A stretch of DNA of 64,000 nt from Octopus vulgaris (Eukaryota). Below are positions 1 to 11,508 of this stretch, piece by piece (position 1 is the first letter of the stretch; each line of letters begins with the position of its first letter). Position numbers and translations under genes: made by a program. The stretch lies in assembly GCA_951406725.2 (NCBI GenBank), contig OX597819.1, forward strand, positions 110,360,001-110,424,000, in the 5' to 3' direction. The notes beneath the pieces are model-generated. The model was not told the DNA's origin. It did no database searches and saw only the letters and a list, made by a program, of their open reading frames with translations.

Positions 1-1134
1 TGATGACGATGAGGATATGTGTGTGTGGGGGGCTAAAAGCTGATGATGACGACGACAAATACGACGATGATGGTGCTAATGATAATGATGGCAACGGCAG
101 TGGTGGTGGTGGTGGTGGTGGAAAAGATGGGGGCGGGATCGGGGGCGGTAAAGGTAGAGGTAGAGACAGTTTGGAGTGGGGGAGATTTTGAGTTAGGGTG
201 GTAGTGGTGTTGGTGGTGTTGGTGGTGTAGGTGGTAGTGGTGGTGTTGCAAACGCTTGTTGCAGAAGTGATTAATTCTAAACTCTGCTACTTCCGAAGAG
301 TAAAGGGAATTAGTAGAAACCAAACCCAGAGGAGACAGTTGGTCGAAATCAGGCGACCTCCGTGGGAAACTGTGGGGGACACAAGCTTTGACTTTTCAGA
401 AAATAACGCGCACTGTTTTAGCACCATCACCACCAACATCATCATCATTAACAACAACAACTACAACAACATGAACCAATCAACTACAACAGCAACAACA
501 GTGGTAGCAACATCAATAATGACAACAGAAACATAATCTCGACCGGTTAGAAATAGCAGTGAAATTTTCGACAATTAACATTTTAATGTCTTTAAAAAAG
601 AAAGGACACACATGATAATTTGTTTTTGTATTTGGTTTGTTGTAACATATTTTGTTGTATTTTGGGTAGGTCATTATGCCAATGATCATCACACGCACTG
701 GTTTTATTTCAGACAGATCTGAAGTAGACTTGGAGAAGACCTGGAGCAAACCTCGAGTAGAGATGGCGTGCTATTGATGAGGTTGCAAACGGCGACAAAA
801 GAACTTCGACAAACTTAGATGGTTGATTGATTAACTGAACAATTAATCAAGCAATTGATTAGTTAATTAATTAAATGGTTAATCAATTGACTCATAAAAA
901 TAAGGAAGTGAAATAGAACCAAGGCATGTGTTTTTAGTGACGTAATGATCCATCTAAGATACAACATAACATATATAATAACATAGATTCGATGGGCAAT
1001 CTGGATCCCAACATTTTGACTTCTAATTTATAATTGGTATTGTAAAAGACATGCCATACATTCAAAACCGAGATGGATTTGAATGTGGCCGTTCTATTCT
1101 TCAAATGGTTTATTTATACAATTTTGGTGCTGTT

Positions 1135-1640
1135 CTCTATTCTACCCCATTCGTTGACCGTGTGGTCGTTGGGGCGTTCGTCGATGAAGTCGCAACCAGA
1201 TTTCTCCCTTTCTCTTGGTCTTCTGCTGCTGCCTGTGAGCCGGTGAAATTGAGACCTGTCCACTCTTTGTTGTTACAAGCCCATCTTTTCCTTGGCCTGT
1301 CTTGCTTTCGTGTCTTACAGGATTATCTTTTCCAGGCAGGAGTTTCTTGTTACATGGCCATACCATTTTAATTTCCGATTTCTCTATCATAATTATTTTA
1401 GTCATTTCCACAACTTTTTATCACAACTTACCAAGTTACTGATGTCATCATATTTCGTCAAGCAGTCGATAATTTAAATTTTTTATTCTGTTTTTTTCTT
1501 TCTTCCAGACAATATGAATACCACTTTTAGTAACTAGGTCTATTTTTGAACTCAAGACGCATTCAATAGGACCTTGGATCCTTCTACGTCAACTCATCTG
1601 GTCTCACATTCATCATTTAACTACACCCCTGTTTTTGTTG
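1135..1640 (-). mobile_element. RTE-clade LINE 3' fragment, degenerate
   Basis: Minus-strand frames read KWYGHVTR..LEKIIL and KRWACNNKEWTGLNF..SQAAAEDQEKGRNLV, matching the RTE ORF C-terminus (WYGHV.R / RW.D.IKEWTG / A.DR..WR); stops and frameshifts present. Confidence 0.75.
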
Positions 1641-1872
1641 TGACTGAATATAATTTGAAGGAAAAAATAAAGGCGTCGATTTGGCAGAATCGTTAGAACA
1701 TCGGAATAGTTCCCAATGGTATTTATTCTGACTTTTTATGTTCTGAGTTCAATACCTACTGGTGAAGCTTGCTTTCATCATTTCAAGGTAAATAAAATAA
1801 ACATTTATATGTCCGGCGGAATCCATCACACTTCATGTCTGACAACAGCTATTTTCTTCCAGAATAAGAAAG

Positions 1873-1927
<55 letters not shown>

Positions 1928-2144
1928 CAACCCTCTGTACATGACTGGTTTATATGTAAATAAACATAAATGCATAAATCTGTGCTTACGTATGTATATT
2001 GTGTATATATGTATGTTATAATGTATATGTACCTGTGAAGTTTTCATTAGATACAAATTTTGAACGTATATATCGCTCAGGTCACATTAAAAACACACAC
2101 ATTTACCAAGATGACATTGTCTTACCAAACAGAAAACACATAAA

Positions 2145-2198
<54 letters not shown>

Positions 2199-2295
2199 AA
2201 ATAATTAAGAGTCAGTTGAATTAGGTACTTCAGTTGAGGCATCAAGTCAGTCCGGTATGGTCCACACAGCTCGAAGTTACGTGAATAAAAAGCAA

Positions 2296-2479
2296 AGTGC
2301 ATTACGGCCGTTTCAAGCGGCTGCATTTAATCGATCAATGCAAACATTACATCAATTTGAAATAAACTGCTCTCCTCGGATGCGTACAACAATATCTGAG
2401 AAGAGCTGTTTATTTCAAATTGATGTAATGCTTGCATTGATCAATTAAATGGAGCTGCGTGAAACGGCCGCAATGCACT
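2296..2479. repeat. Imperfect inverted repeat (about 86-bp arms, about 12-nt loop) formed by two head-to-head HHR copies
   Basis: 2296-2373 vs the reverse complement of 2402-2479 gives 7 mismatches in 78 bp; pairing continues CTCGGAT/ATCTGAG. Confidence 0.9.
2299..2383 (-). ncRNA. Type I hammerhead ribozyme motif (long stem II)
   Basis: Minus strand: GCAT-CCGAGGA-GAGC...GCTT-GAA-ACGGCCGT-A-ATGC; stem I GCAT/ATGC, palindromic stem III, GUA cleavage triplet. Confidence 0.75.
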
Positions 2480-2619
2480 GATACCTGGACATCATTGTTA
2501 TACATACATACATACATACATACATACATACATACATACATACATACATACATACATACATACATACATACATACATACATACATACATGCATACATGCA
2601 TACATATATATTCTTTTAT

Positions 2620-2940
2620 TCTTTCATTTGTTTCAGTCATTTGATTGTGGCCATGCTAGAACATTGCCTTTACTCAAACAAATCGACTCCAGGACTTATT
2701 CTTTGTAAGCCTAGTACTTATTCTATCGTTCTCTTTTTGAGTGTGTGTGTGTGTGGGGGGGGGGGGACAAACACACACACACACACACTCACAAATTTAC
2801 ACACACACACATACACATATACATATACAACAGGTTTCTTTCAGTTTCCGTCTACCAAATCCACCCACAAGGCTTTGGTCGGCCTGAGGCTATAGTAGAA
2901 GACACTTGCCCAAGGTGCCACGCTGTGGGACTGAACCACG
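2620..2940 (-). mobile_element. SINE family B (tRNA-like head, CORE-like GGCACCTTGGGCAAGTG), partial
   Basis: Matches the other family-B copies, e.g. 24520-24875, 37250-37570, 42780-43176. Confidence 0.8.
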
Positions 2941-2959
2941 ACATAACTACGCCTACGCC

Positions 2960-3022
<63 letters not shown>

Positions 3023-3025
3023 ATA

Positions 3026-3073
<48 letters not shown>

Positions 3074-3742
3074 TACACCCACGCAGTATAAACATGCATC
3101 CACACATCGTATCCCCCACAGTTCAATTATATAGTCATACATAGACAAAACTGCAACAGACCTACATGTACACAAACACATAAATAGCGACACACGGACA
3201 GATTAACAGACAGACAACCAGCCAGCCAGCCAGCCAGCTAGCCAGCCAGTTAGCCAGACAGGCAGAAAGACAGACAGACAGCCCGACTGACTGACAGATC
3301 CTTGCGTACACCAATACGTAGATAAATATATGTATACGCATACACATGTCCCTCAACATATATACATAAACACACATACATATATACACATGACATGTCA
3401 AAGCAGTCCAAAGCAAGTGAACACGAGCCAAATTTGAAAGGAAGGATGAGACGTGTTGTTGTTGTTGTAATTGGTGCTTGTGGTGGCTGTGGTGATGATG
3501 AGGTGAATGACGATGGTGGTGGTGGTGGTGGTTATGATGATCAATATTGATGGTGATGGTGATGGTGGTAGCGGTAGTCAATACAATAGTGATGCTGGTG
3601 TAGTCTACAGTCGATAGTTTGTGGAAATGGTGTTGTAAAATAATATTGTCATCGTCAAGCTCAACTATGGAACATGTTAAGTGACAAAATCACGTCCGAA
3701 GTTACAGATCTAAAATTATCGGTATGGCTTTCGTTCTTTCTA

Positions 3743-4637
3743 TTACATTGGCGAGAAAGTTCTTGGACAAGACATTGAAGCTGATCCAATGCAAACTGCA
3801 CGTCAACTTGCGGTACAGTTTGGCGTCTCCCATGCCACGATCATCAACCGTCTGCATCGTCTCGGCGAGGTCAGCAAACTTGTAAAATGGGTGCCACATG
3901 AATTGACTGAAGCAAACAAACAAGTATGTGTCACTGCATGTCAAAGTCTGATCTAGCGAAGCCGAAGATTCGATTGGTTGGAGTCAGTAATCACTATGGG
4001 TGAAAAGTGGGTGCTGTACTCCAACGTGAGGAGCAGGCGATCCTGGTGTAGCAAAGGTCAACAACCAAAACCTTCGTCAAAAGGACCACTTGTGCAAAAG
4101 AAGGTTATGATTTCAATTTGGTGGGAATGCTTTGGTGTAATCATGTTGGATCTTCTCCCACGCAATATCACCATTGATAAGGATGTCTACTGCGAACAAA
4201 CCGACCGTCTAAAGATTGCGCTGGCCGAAAAACGCACAAATTTGAAGAAGATAATTTACCACCAAGACAACGCGCCAGCACATCGTGCAAAGAAGACGTC
4301 AGAGAAACTGAAGGAGGCGGGCTGGGGGATTGTGGTGCATCCACCGTATTGCCTCTGACCTTGCCTCTTCTGCCTACCACTTATTCTCTGCCTTGCAACG
4401 CACGATTGGCGATACAGAGTTCGAAAACGAAGATGTGAAATCGTTCCTTTACGATTTTATTGATTCAAAGCCACGCGATTTCTGGATGAAAGTATTCAAA
4501 ACTTTGCCTGAAAGATGGCAAAAGGTAATCGATAACAAGAGTGATTACCTTTTGGATTGATTGTTCTTTGTTGTGTTTTTTTAATTGTTAATAAAGGGAT
4601 ATGTTAAAAGTGTCCAAGAAATTTCCTACCAAACTGA
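3743..4637 (+). mobile_element. Mariner-type (DD34D-like) element, 5' internally deleted, with transposase pseudogene
   Basis: Motifs WVPHEL, ITMGEKWVLY, KKVMISIWW, YHQDNAPAH, HPPY and DLASSAYHLF in broken frames; about 27-bp TIRs (TTACATTGGCGAGAAAGTTCTTGGACA / TGTCCAAGAAATTTCCTACCAAACTGA); TA on both flanks. Confidence 0.92.
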
Positions 4638-4692
4638 TACCTTGTTTAGTGGTTAAAGTGTTGCGTTCACAATCTTGTCATTGAGGTTTCGA

Positions 4693-5223
4693 GGGACATT
4701 TTGGTTATTTCACCTCATTAAAAAATTGGGTTATTTCACCCCTTTTTACGAGAAATATTGGTACTTTTGGTTATGTCCTTCAACTAAAAACATTATTTTT
4801 TAATAAAACAACATTAATAAAACAAAATTTTCAATAAAACAAAATGATAAAAAAAAACGAAAAATTAATTAACGTAAAAAGTGAAAAGATGAAACGTTGT
4901 TTTGAATCCGATAAGATTTTTATAACAAATCATACAAAAACTGAGAAAATTAATAAACATGAAAACGGGGAAAAAACAAATTAATTAAAATGAAAACTGA
5001 AAAAATCAAACATCTTACTGAATCTGATAATATTTTTATAACAAATCACACCATTCCTATTGAGAAGGCCAAATATCAACAATGTGTTGAAGTATCGAAT
5101 CAAAAGGGTCTAACTCTTTTAATCCAATCTCTTGCTGCCACATTAACTCGATTTTTTAGTGGGAAGATAACCCGGTTTATTAATGGCAATTTTTTAATGA
5201 GGGTGAAATAACCAAAAAGTACC
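4693..5223. mobile_element. MITE with GG..CC ends and 8-bp TSD (Merlin-like), inserted in a tRNA-like SINE head
   Basis: About 36-bp TIRs (GGGACATTTTGGTTATTTCACC-TCATTAAAAAATTG vs rc GGTACTTTTTGGTTATTTCACCCTCATTAAAAAATTG); flanks GGTTTCGA (4685-4692) and GGTTTTGA (5224-5231). Confidence 0.7.
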
Positions 5224-5714
5224 GGTTTTGATTCGTAGAACGGGTGTTGCATTGAGTTGTTGAGTAAGGCATTTTATTCAATCTTACATTATTCCACTCA
5301 ACTCATTTGAAAATCGGAACCAGGTTAGAGCTGATGAAGCCTCCCCCACTGTAGTCCCACCCTGGATAAAGTGTTCCGCTAGATCAAGGGTAGGAGGATT
5401 GAGAAGGTTTCTGTATTTGCTTGCGACTGCATAAGCACCTAAAACAATGAGCGAAAGCATGGTAACATGCCATCATGTTCTACTCGCTTGTGAATGCGGC
5501 TGTGGGCTTTAATTTTATGCATATGTGTTAGTTGTCTGTGATATATGCGTACGCAAGTGTTTGTTTGTCTATGAATCAATCAATCAGTCAACCAATCAAT
5601 CAAATACTCTATCTATGTATCTTTATGTGCGTGTGTGGGTGGTATGTACATATACATGCACACATACATACATACATGCATACATATTAATTGGCACTTT
5701 GGTCAAGCCTCGGG

Positions 5715-5810
5715 TCGAACAAAGTTTTCGTCGGAAACATAGGAGAAGGAAAGATCCAGAGAAGGGAAGACAGAGGAAAAAAATCGCCAACGGTTCACAC
5801 GCGGTCATAT
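5715..5810 (-). mobile_element. Penelope-like pLTR fragment with decayed HHR
   Basis: Reverse complement aligns to 26576-26670 (GACCGCGTGTG...TTCCTATGTTTCYGACGAA). Confidence 0.7.
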
Positions 5811-5998
5811 ATTTAAAAAAAAATAATATATTATCATTATTAATATAAGGAAATTAATATCCAAACTCCTCACAAAGATATACCCGTGTGAAAGAGCTTA
5901 TTGTATTAAAAATATATATAAATAAATAAATATAAAAATATAAATATAATGTATAAATAAATTTGATAGTTTAAAAGTTTTGAATTAATTATTTAAAG

Positions 5999-6090
5999 CA
6001 TCTTACGATCGTTTCACAGAAGAGTTGTTTCTATAATGAAATCCTATATTGATAAGCATTTATAGACAACACTTCTGCTCTTCAGAGATA
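5999..6090 (-). ncRNA. Type I hammerhead ribozyme motif, canonical core
   Basis: Minus strand: TATCT-CTGAAGA-GCAGAAGTGTTGTCTATAA..loop..TTATAGAAACAACTCTTCTGT-GAA-ACGATCGT-A-AGATG; about 19-bp stem II, palindromic stem III, GUA site. Confidence 0.8.
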
Positions 6091-6479
6091 TATAATATGA
6101 ATATTGTATAACATATCGAATGATAGTTTTTAAAAAAAAATTGAAGTAAAATTGTAAAATGGTGTTTGTTTGAAATATAAAATAAAAATTACTACTTTTG
6201 ATGAGAGTCTTTAAATCCATTTATACTTCCTTGGTTATTCTACTGAAATAATCCATAATATTCATACGTAAAATCCGTGATATTATCTTGCATTCCCAGT
6301 ATAGTTCGTATAGTTAGTTTAGAAATGTGAAAATTGTATATACTTTAGTATGAGAGAGCATTTTGTGCAGTGTTGAAGTATAAATAATTTATTACAGGTA
6401 AATTTTAACAAGATCTTACATGGACACCCCCACCAAGGGTCATATGAACCCGGTTGAGAACCACTGCTCTATCTTATCT

Positions 6480-6900
6480 AATGTGACCTCCGTTCTTTAA
6501 GTTGGTAGGATGTAATATGAGGGAGATTGGGGCTGTTATTAGTAGCATGACAGTCAACCACATAGGGGATCTCTTGATGGCTGTTGTTGATAGTGGTGGA
6601 ATTGGTAACGTAGATTGACAGGAAATTCCAAAAAAGTGGAATCGTTTGAAAGTGTGATATTTGGGTAGTGGAAAGTTCTAAATTCAGGGTCCTAAACGTG
6701 CGTTTCTCAGCGAGTAGGAGTGACAAGAGATGGGAGAAAGTTTGATGAGATTAATGAGAGTAGGTGCACGAGGTGTGTGATAGAATCAGTCAAGTTCCAA
6801 AGTATATAAAACTTAACAGTTGCTGTAGAAGTGATAGTAAGACAGAGAATTAAGAGGTGAACTGATAAATGAAAGTTTGTCTATGAATGAAAAACTTGCT
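6480..6900 (-). mobile_element. Possible old CR1/L2-like LINE 3' relic
   Basis: Weak HFQTIPLFWNFL motif resembling the F..R....WN.LP tail; heavily decayed. Confidence 0.35.
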
Positions 6901-7146
6901 AATGGAAGCCAAAAGGTGTTACATTTTACCCAACATTAACACAGAATATGAAACTACTCCGAGTTACGCATCTCGAAGCATCGAAATTGGGTGCATGTTA
7001 TATAATTTACAAACAACAACAAAATGCTCACGGTAGCAATACAATAAACCGCTTTTTCGGAACTATGAGACGACCTCTACGTGGTTGTTTGACATGCTAG
7101 AAGCAATAACCAAAAATCCCTTCAAATTTTAGCCTATTACATTTAT

Positions 7147-7234
<88 letters not shown>

Positions 7235-7913
7235 GACGAGCTTCTTTCAGTTTCCATCTACCAAATCCACTTACAAGGCTTTGGTCAACCCGAGACTTGA
7301 CCAAAGTGACAATTAATATGTATGCATGTTTATAAGATGGTAAGAAGCCCGTTTAATAATGCAACTGTCCTCGAACGAGAAGGTGGTGTTGTCATAATCG
7401 GAACACCTTTGATCGTATGTTTGTTAGTCAGGGCTGACCTAGAGTTAAACAATGGCGTAAACGCATGTATGCCATAGTTCACGCCGGGTACCCTGCTACA
7501 ACGGTGTATTATTGTATAGCTAGGACATGGAATCGACTATATAACAAACGGGAAGTTAAACATCGTTTAGAACAGATTCTGACACCTATGACCTTCCATA
7601 CAAACAAACAAAAATTACATTTCTCTACCTCGCTTCCCAGTTTGACAACTGATGTGTCCTATCATCCCTAACTGCCCATGCCCCCACCCCCATTCCACCT
7701 CTAACCAACGTATCACTTCCTAAAGCACCTCCTCACTCCTGTCTTATCAACGTTGCTATTATATATGGAAGCATCTCGTTTTTATTCGGATGTCAAAGAA
7801 TGGCCTAGAAAACCCATATTTCCTTTCGACTATTACCGCCACCAACAGCACCACGGCGACCGGCATCACCATCACTAGCGTCACCACCGCTACCTTCACC
7901 ACTGCCACTACTG

Positions 7914-7949
<36 letters not shown>

Positions 7950-8030
7950 ATAATAATAATAATAATAATAATAACAACAACAACAACAACAACAACAACA
8001 ATAATAACAACAACAACAACAACAAAACAA

Positions 8031-8550
8031 CCGTTCTTTATTGGCCACAAGGGCCGCACACAAAATAAAAGTACGATACGAAACAAAGCACAGAGGGGAT
8101 TTACATAAAATACATGTAAACAACAAAACAATAACAATTAGCAATAAAGTTATAACGCAATAAATTTCCCCAGTAGAGAAGAAGGCCATCCAGGATCGAC
8201 AAAAATCCCGAATAACCCTGCACCCCAGGTGCACCATGGATATTTCTCCTCTCTCCGTATATTTCAGCTTACAGGCGCATTCTTAGAGTATTCTCGCTAA
8301 ATTCCCCTTCCTTTCAACAATTTTACTAGGAGGCAGCACCTCTCTCTCTCTAAACTTTCTAAGTGGAACAGAAAAAAGTTGATGAGGGCTTCGACGAAGA
8401 GAAAAGTTCCTGTTTTCAACCATTTCAGTTGCATCCATCACAGAACCTCTTTCGACGTAGTTACCAGACTGAGGAAACTGCCTGCCCTTCTCGGCGAAAG
8501 GAAGGCGGCTGGATGATATATACGATGGAGTCGGCCGATAGTCGGATCAA
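8031..8550 (-). mobile_element. Diverged Tx1/L1-clade LINE 3' end abutting a (GTT)n/(ATT)n/(AGT)n array
   Basis: Minus frames IRLSADSIVYIIQPPSFRREGQA, LKTGTFLFVEALINFF and LEREVLPPSKIVERKGNLAR are homologous to the 38773-39294 ORF; 3' end TGTGTGCGGCCCTTGTGGCCAATAAAGAAC. Confidence 0.8.
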
Positions 8551-8869
8551 TAATTCTTTCGACAATAGGCATAAGGCCTGAAAACCTAGAATGTAGAGTT
8601 GGGAATAAATGCTGATAAGCATGTTGTCCGATGCACTAACGATTCTGCCAGCTCACCGCGTTAAAAAAATGGACAAAAAAAGAAAAAGAAAAAGTCACTA
8701 TAATGTTAATAATTAAAGAAAAAAAAAACGCAAAAAATACAGCTGAAGACAGTGGAAGCAAATAAGGGAAAAATCAACACTAACTGAAAAGCGCGTGTCG
8801 CGAAATTAAGACAAAAGGTTTTTGATTGTAATAGACGCTCAAAGACTCGCCAGCAGAAACCACCAAAAG

Positions 8870-9620
8870 CATAAGGTCTGAAATTTTGGGGGAAGAGGCC
8901 GGTCGATTAGATCGACCTCAGTACACAACTGGTACTTAATTTATAGACCCCAAAAGGATGAAAGGCAAGAGTCGACCTCGGCGGAATTTGAACTCAGAAC
9001 ATAAAGACGGGTGAAATACCTATTTTTTTACTACCCACAAGGGGCTAAACACAGAGGGGACAAACAAGGAGAGACAAACGGATTAAGTCGATTACATCGA
9101 CCCCCTGCGTAACTGGTACTTAATTTATCGACCCCGAAAGGATGAAAGGCAAAGTCGACCTCGGCGGAATTTGAACTCAGAACGTAACAGTAGACGATAT
9201 ACGGCTACGCATTTCGCCTACAAGGGGCTACACACAGAGAGAGGACAAACAAGGACAGACAAACGGATTAAGTCGATTACATCGATCCCAGTGCGTAATT
9301 GGTACTTATTTAATCGACCCCAAAAGGATGAAAGGCAAAGTCGACCTTGGCGGAATTTGAACTCAGAACGTAACGGCAGACGAAATACCTATTTCTTTAA
9401 TACCCACAAGGAGCTAAACACAGAGAGGAAAAACAAGGACAGACACACGGATTAAGTCGATTATATCGACCCCAGTGCCTAGCTGGTACTTAATTTATCG
9501 TCCCCGAAAGGATGAAAGGCAAAGTCGACCTTGGCGGAATTTGAACTCAGAACTTAGCGGCAGACGAAATACTGCTAGACATTTCGCCTGGCATGCTAAC
9601 GTTTCTGCCAGCTTGCTGCC
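8870..9620 (-). mobile_element. SINE family A, 4-unit tandem array
   Basis: A-box-like TGGCAGAAACG head occurs once; B-box-like GAGTTCAAATT recurs near 8990, 9173, 9359 and 9543 (period about 184 bp). Confidence 0.9.
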
Positions 9621-10187
9621 TTACTAAAAGCATATAAAGAAGGGCAAGACAGTAACTGATTACAAAATATGTGATATAGGAAAAATAATCACCATCAACT
9701 TCAAGCATGACAGACTTAGAACTTACGTACTGGAAGTTTTGCCAGCACTACGAAATACTAAAAATAAAAAAAAACAATATGGTATAGACATGCACAAGAA
9801 AAGAATTTATGAGGATGGTAAGACAACCATATTATGGATTATGGCTAAACCCACCAACTGGGGAAGCAAAAATAATCGTCTCTAAGGACCACCACGAAAC
9901 GAAATGCCTTCTTATGGATGTATTAATCACAACAAATGATAATATTTCTCATAAAGAAAAGGGAGAGATTATCCAGATATAAAGCCTTGGAAAGAAATAA
10001 CCTTAATGAGGGTGCTTGGAAATAGAAACAATCTCTTTTGGGAAATTTGTTTTGGGAAGAAAAATATAAAAAGAACATGCTGAGAGATATGTAACCCAAC
10101 TCCTAGGAAATAAGAATATGCTTAATATAGCCGCAGGCATGTTCATGTGGTAATGAATTTGGTAGGCGGGAACTCTGTCGAAGCCTG

Positions 10188-10217
<30 letters not shown>

Positions 10218-10225
<8 letters not shown>

Positions 10226-10814
10226 GTTGTATACTGTCAATCTAACAAGAACGTGACAGTAGGGGGTACACCATCGCTGTATAGCCCTAGGAAGCATCGA
10301 ACGCCTCCTGATGGCTTTGACACATTTTCCCCTGTGTCCTTATATACATTTACGAAGGGGAGACAAACACTCCCGGCTGCCGGAACTGCATCTAGGGACA
10401 CGTGTTTCAGGATCGTTGTCCTTCATCGAGAGATTTAGAAATTCAATATTTCTTATTTTGATAATCAGTGAATAGACTTCACTGAATATAGATATATACA
10501 AATACGAAGTCGAGGCAAATATCACCAGCTGACCGGTGTCTGCTACTCTAGGCCGATGAAGGACAACGATCCTGAAACACGTGTCCCTAGATGCAGTTCC
10601 GGCAGCCGGGGGTGTTTGTCTCCCCTTCGTAAATGTATATAAGGACACAGGGAAAAATGTGTCAAAGCCATCAGGAGGCGTTCGATGGTTCCTAGGGCTA
10701 TACAGCGGTGGTGTACCCCCTACTGTCACGTTCTTGTTAGATTGACAGTATACAACCATTCTATCGCCCCACCACCGTACATGTCTCTACGAGAGATTTA
10801 GAAATTCAATATTT

Positions 10815-10819
<5 letters not shown>
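10218..10819 (+). mobile_element. HHR-bearing non-autonomous Penelope-like or retrozyme element with inverted partial copy, in (TA)n
   Basis: 10218-10428 is the inverted repeat of 10554-10764 (4 mismatches); 30-bp direct repeat at 10427 and 10790 (363-bp period); (TA)n on both sides. Confidence 0.85.
10547..10591 (+). ncRNA. Type I hammerhead ribozyme
   Basis: TCTAGG-CCGATGA-AGGA-CAACGA-TCCT-GAA-ACACGTGT-C-CCTAGA: 6-bp stem I, 4-bp stem II, palindromic stem III, GUC site (cleavage after 10585). Confidence 0.85.
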
Positions 10820-10862
<43 letters not shown>

Positions 10863-10965
10863 CACAATAAGGGTGAAAATAATTGAATATTAATTAATAA
10901 CTTCAATTTAAAACACCAAGTGGTCTAGCGTATAAAAAAACCGGGATACAGTAAAAATTATTAAT

Positions 10966-11200
10966 ACAAATAATAAGTGACAGTCCACCATGTGGCCACT
11001 CTAACGCTAGAAATAGATCCGCAAAGGGAATCTGCCACTAAAAAATTGTTCTCAAGAATTAATTCAACACGCCAAGAATGTAAGCTTACATTCTTGGCGT
11101 GTTGAATTAATTCTTGAGAACAATTTTTTAGTGGCAGATTCCCTTTGCGGATCTATTTCTAGCGTTAGAGTGACCACATGGTGGACTCTCTCTTATTATT

Positions 11201-11203
<3 letters not shown>
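10966..11203. repeat. 238-bp spacer-less palindrome within a (TA)n-flanked insert
   Basis: Centred on AAG|CTT at 11084/11085; 119-bp arms with 3 mismatches. Confidence 0.92.
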
Positions 11204-11248
<45 letters not shown>

Positions 11249-11365
11249 ATGGTTTTGAGTTCAGTCTCATTGCGTGACACCATGGGCAAGTGTTTTCTAC
11301 TGTAGCCTCGGGCCGACCAAGCCTTGTGAATGGATTTGGTACACACAAACTGAGGAGGCCCGTCG

Positions 11366-11508
<143 letters not shown>

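Noticed and set aside
700-790. TTTTATTTCAG acceptor-like site followed by a short open frame (RSEVDLEKTWSKPRVEMACY)
   Set aside because: Only 20 codons, no recognisable protein, and it could be a LINE remnant; not supportable as an exon
2296-2479. pre-miRNA or MITE interpretation of the hairpin
   Set aside because: No known mature miRNA recognised and no TSD; the HHR inversion explains it better
8870-9620. CRISPR-like array
   Set aside because: Whole units of about 184 bp repeat with no unique spacers; eukaryotic SINE context and no cas genes
9660-10130. Purine-rich, ORF-like stretch, possibly a LINE ORF1 relic
   Set aside because: No motif firm enough to assign
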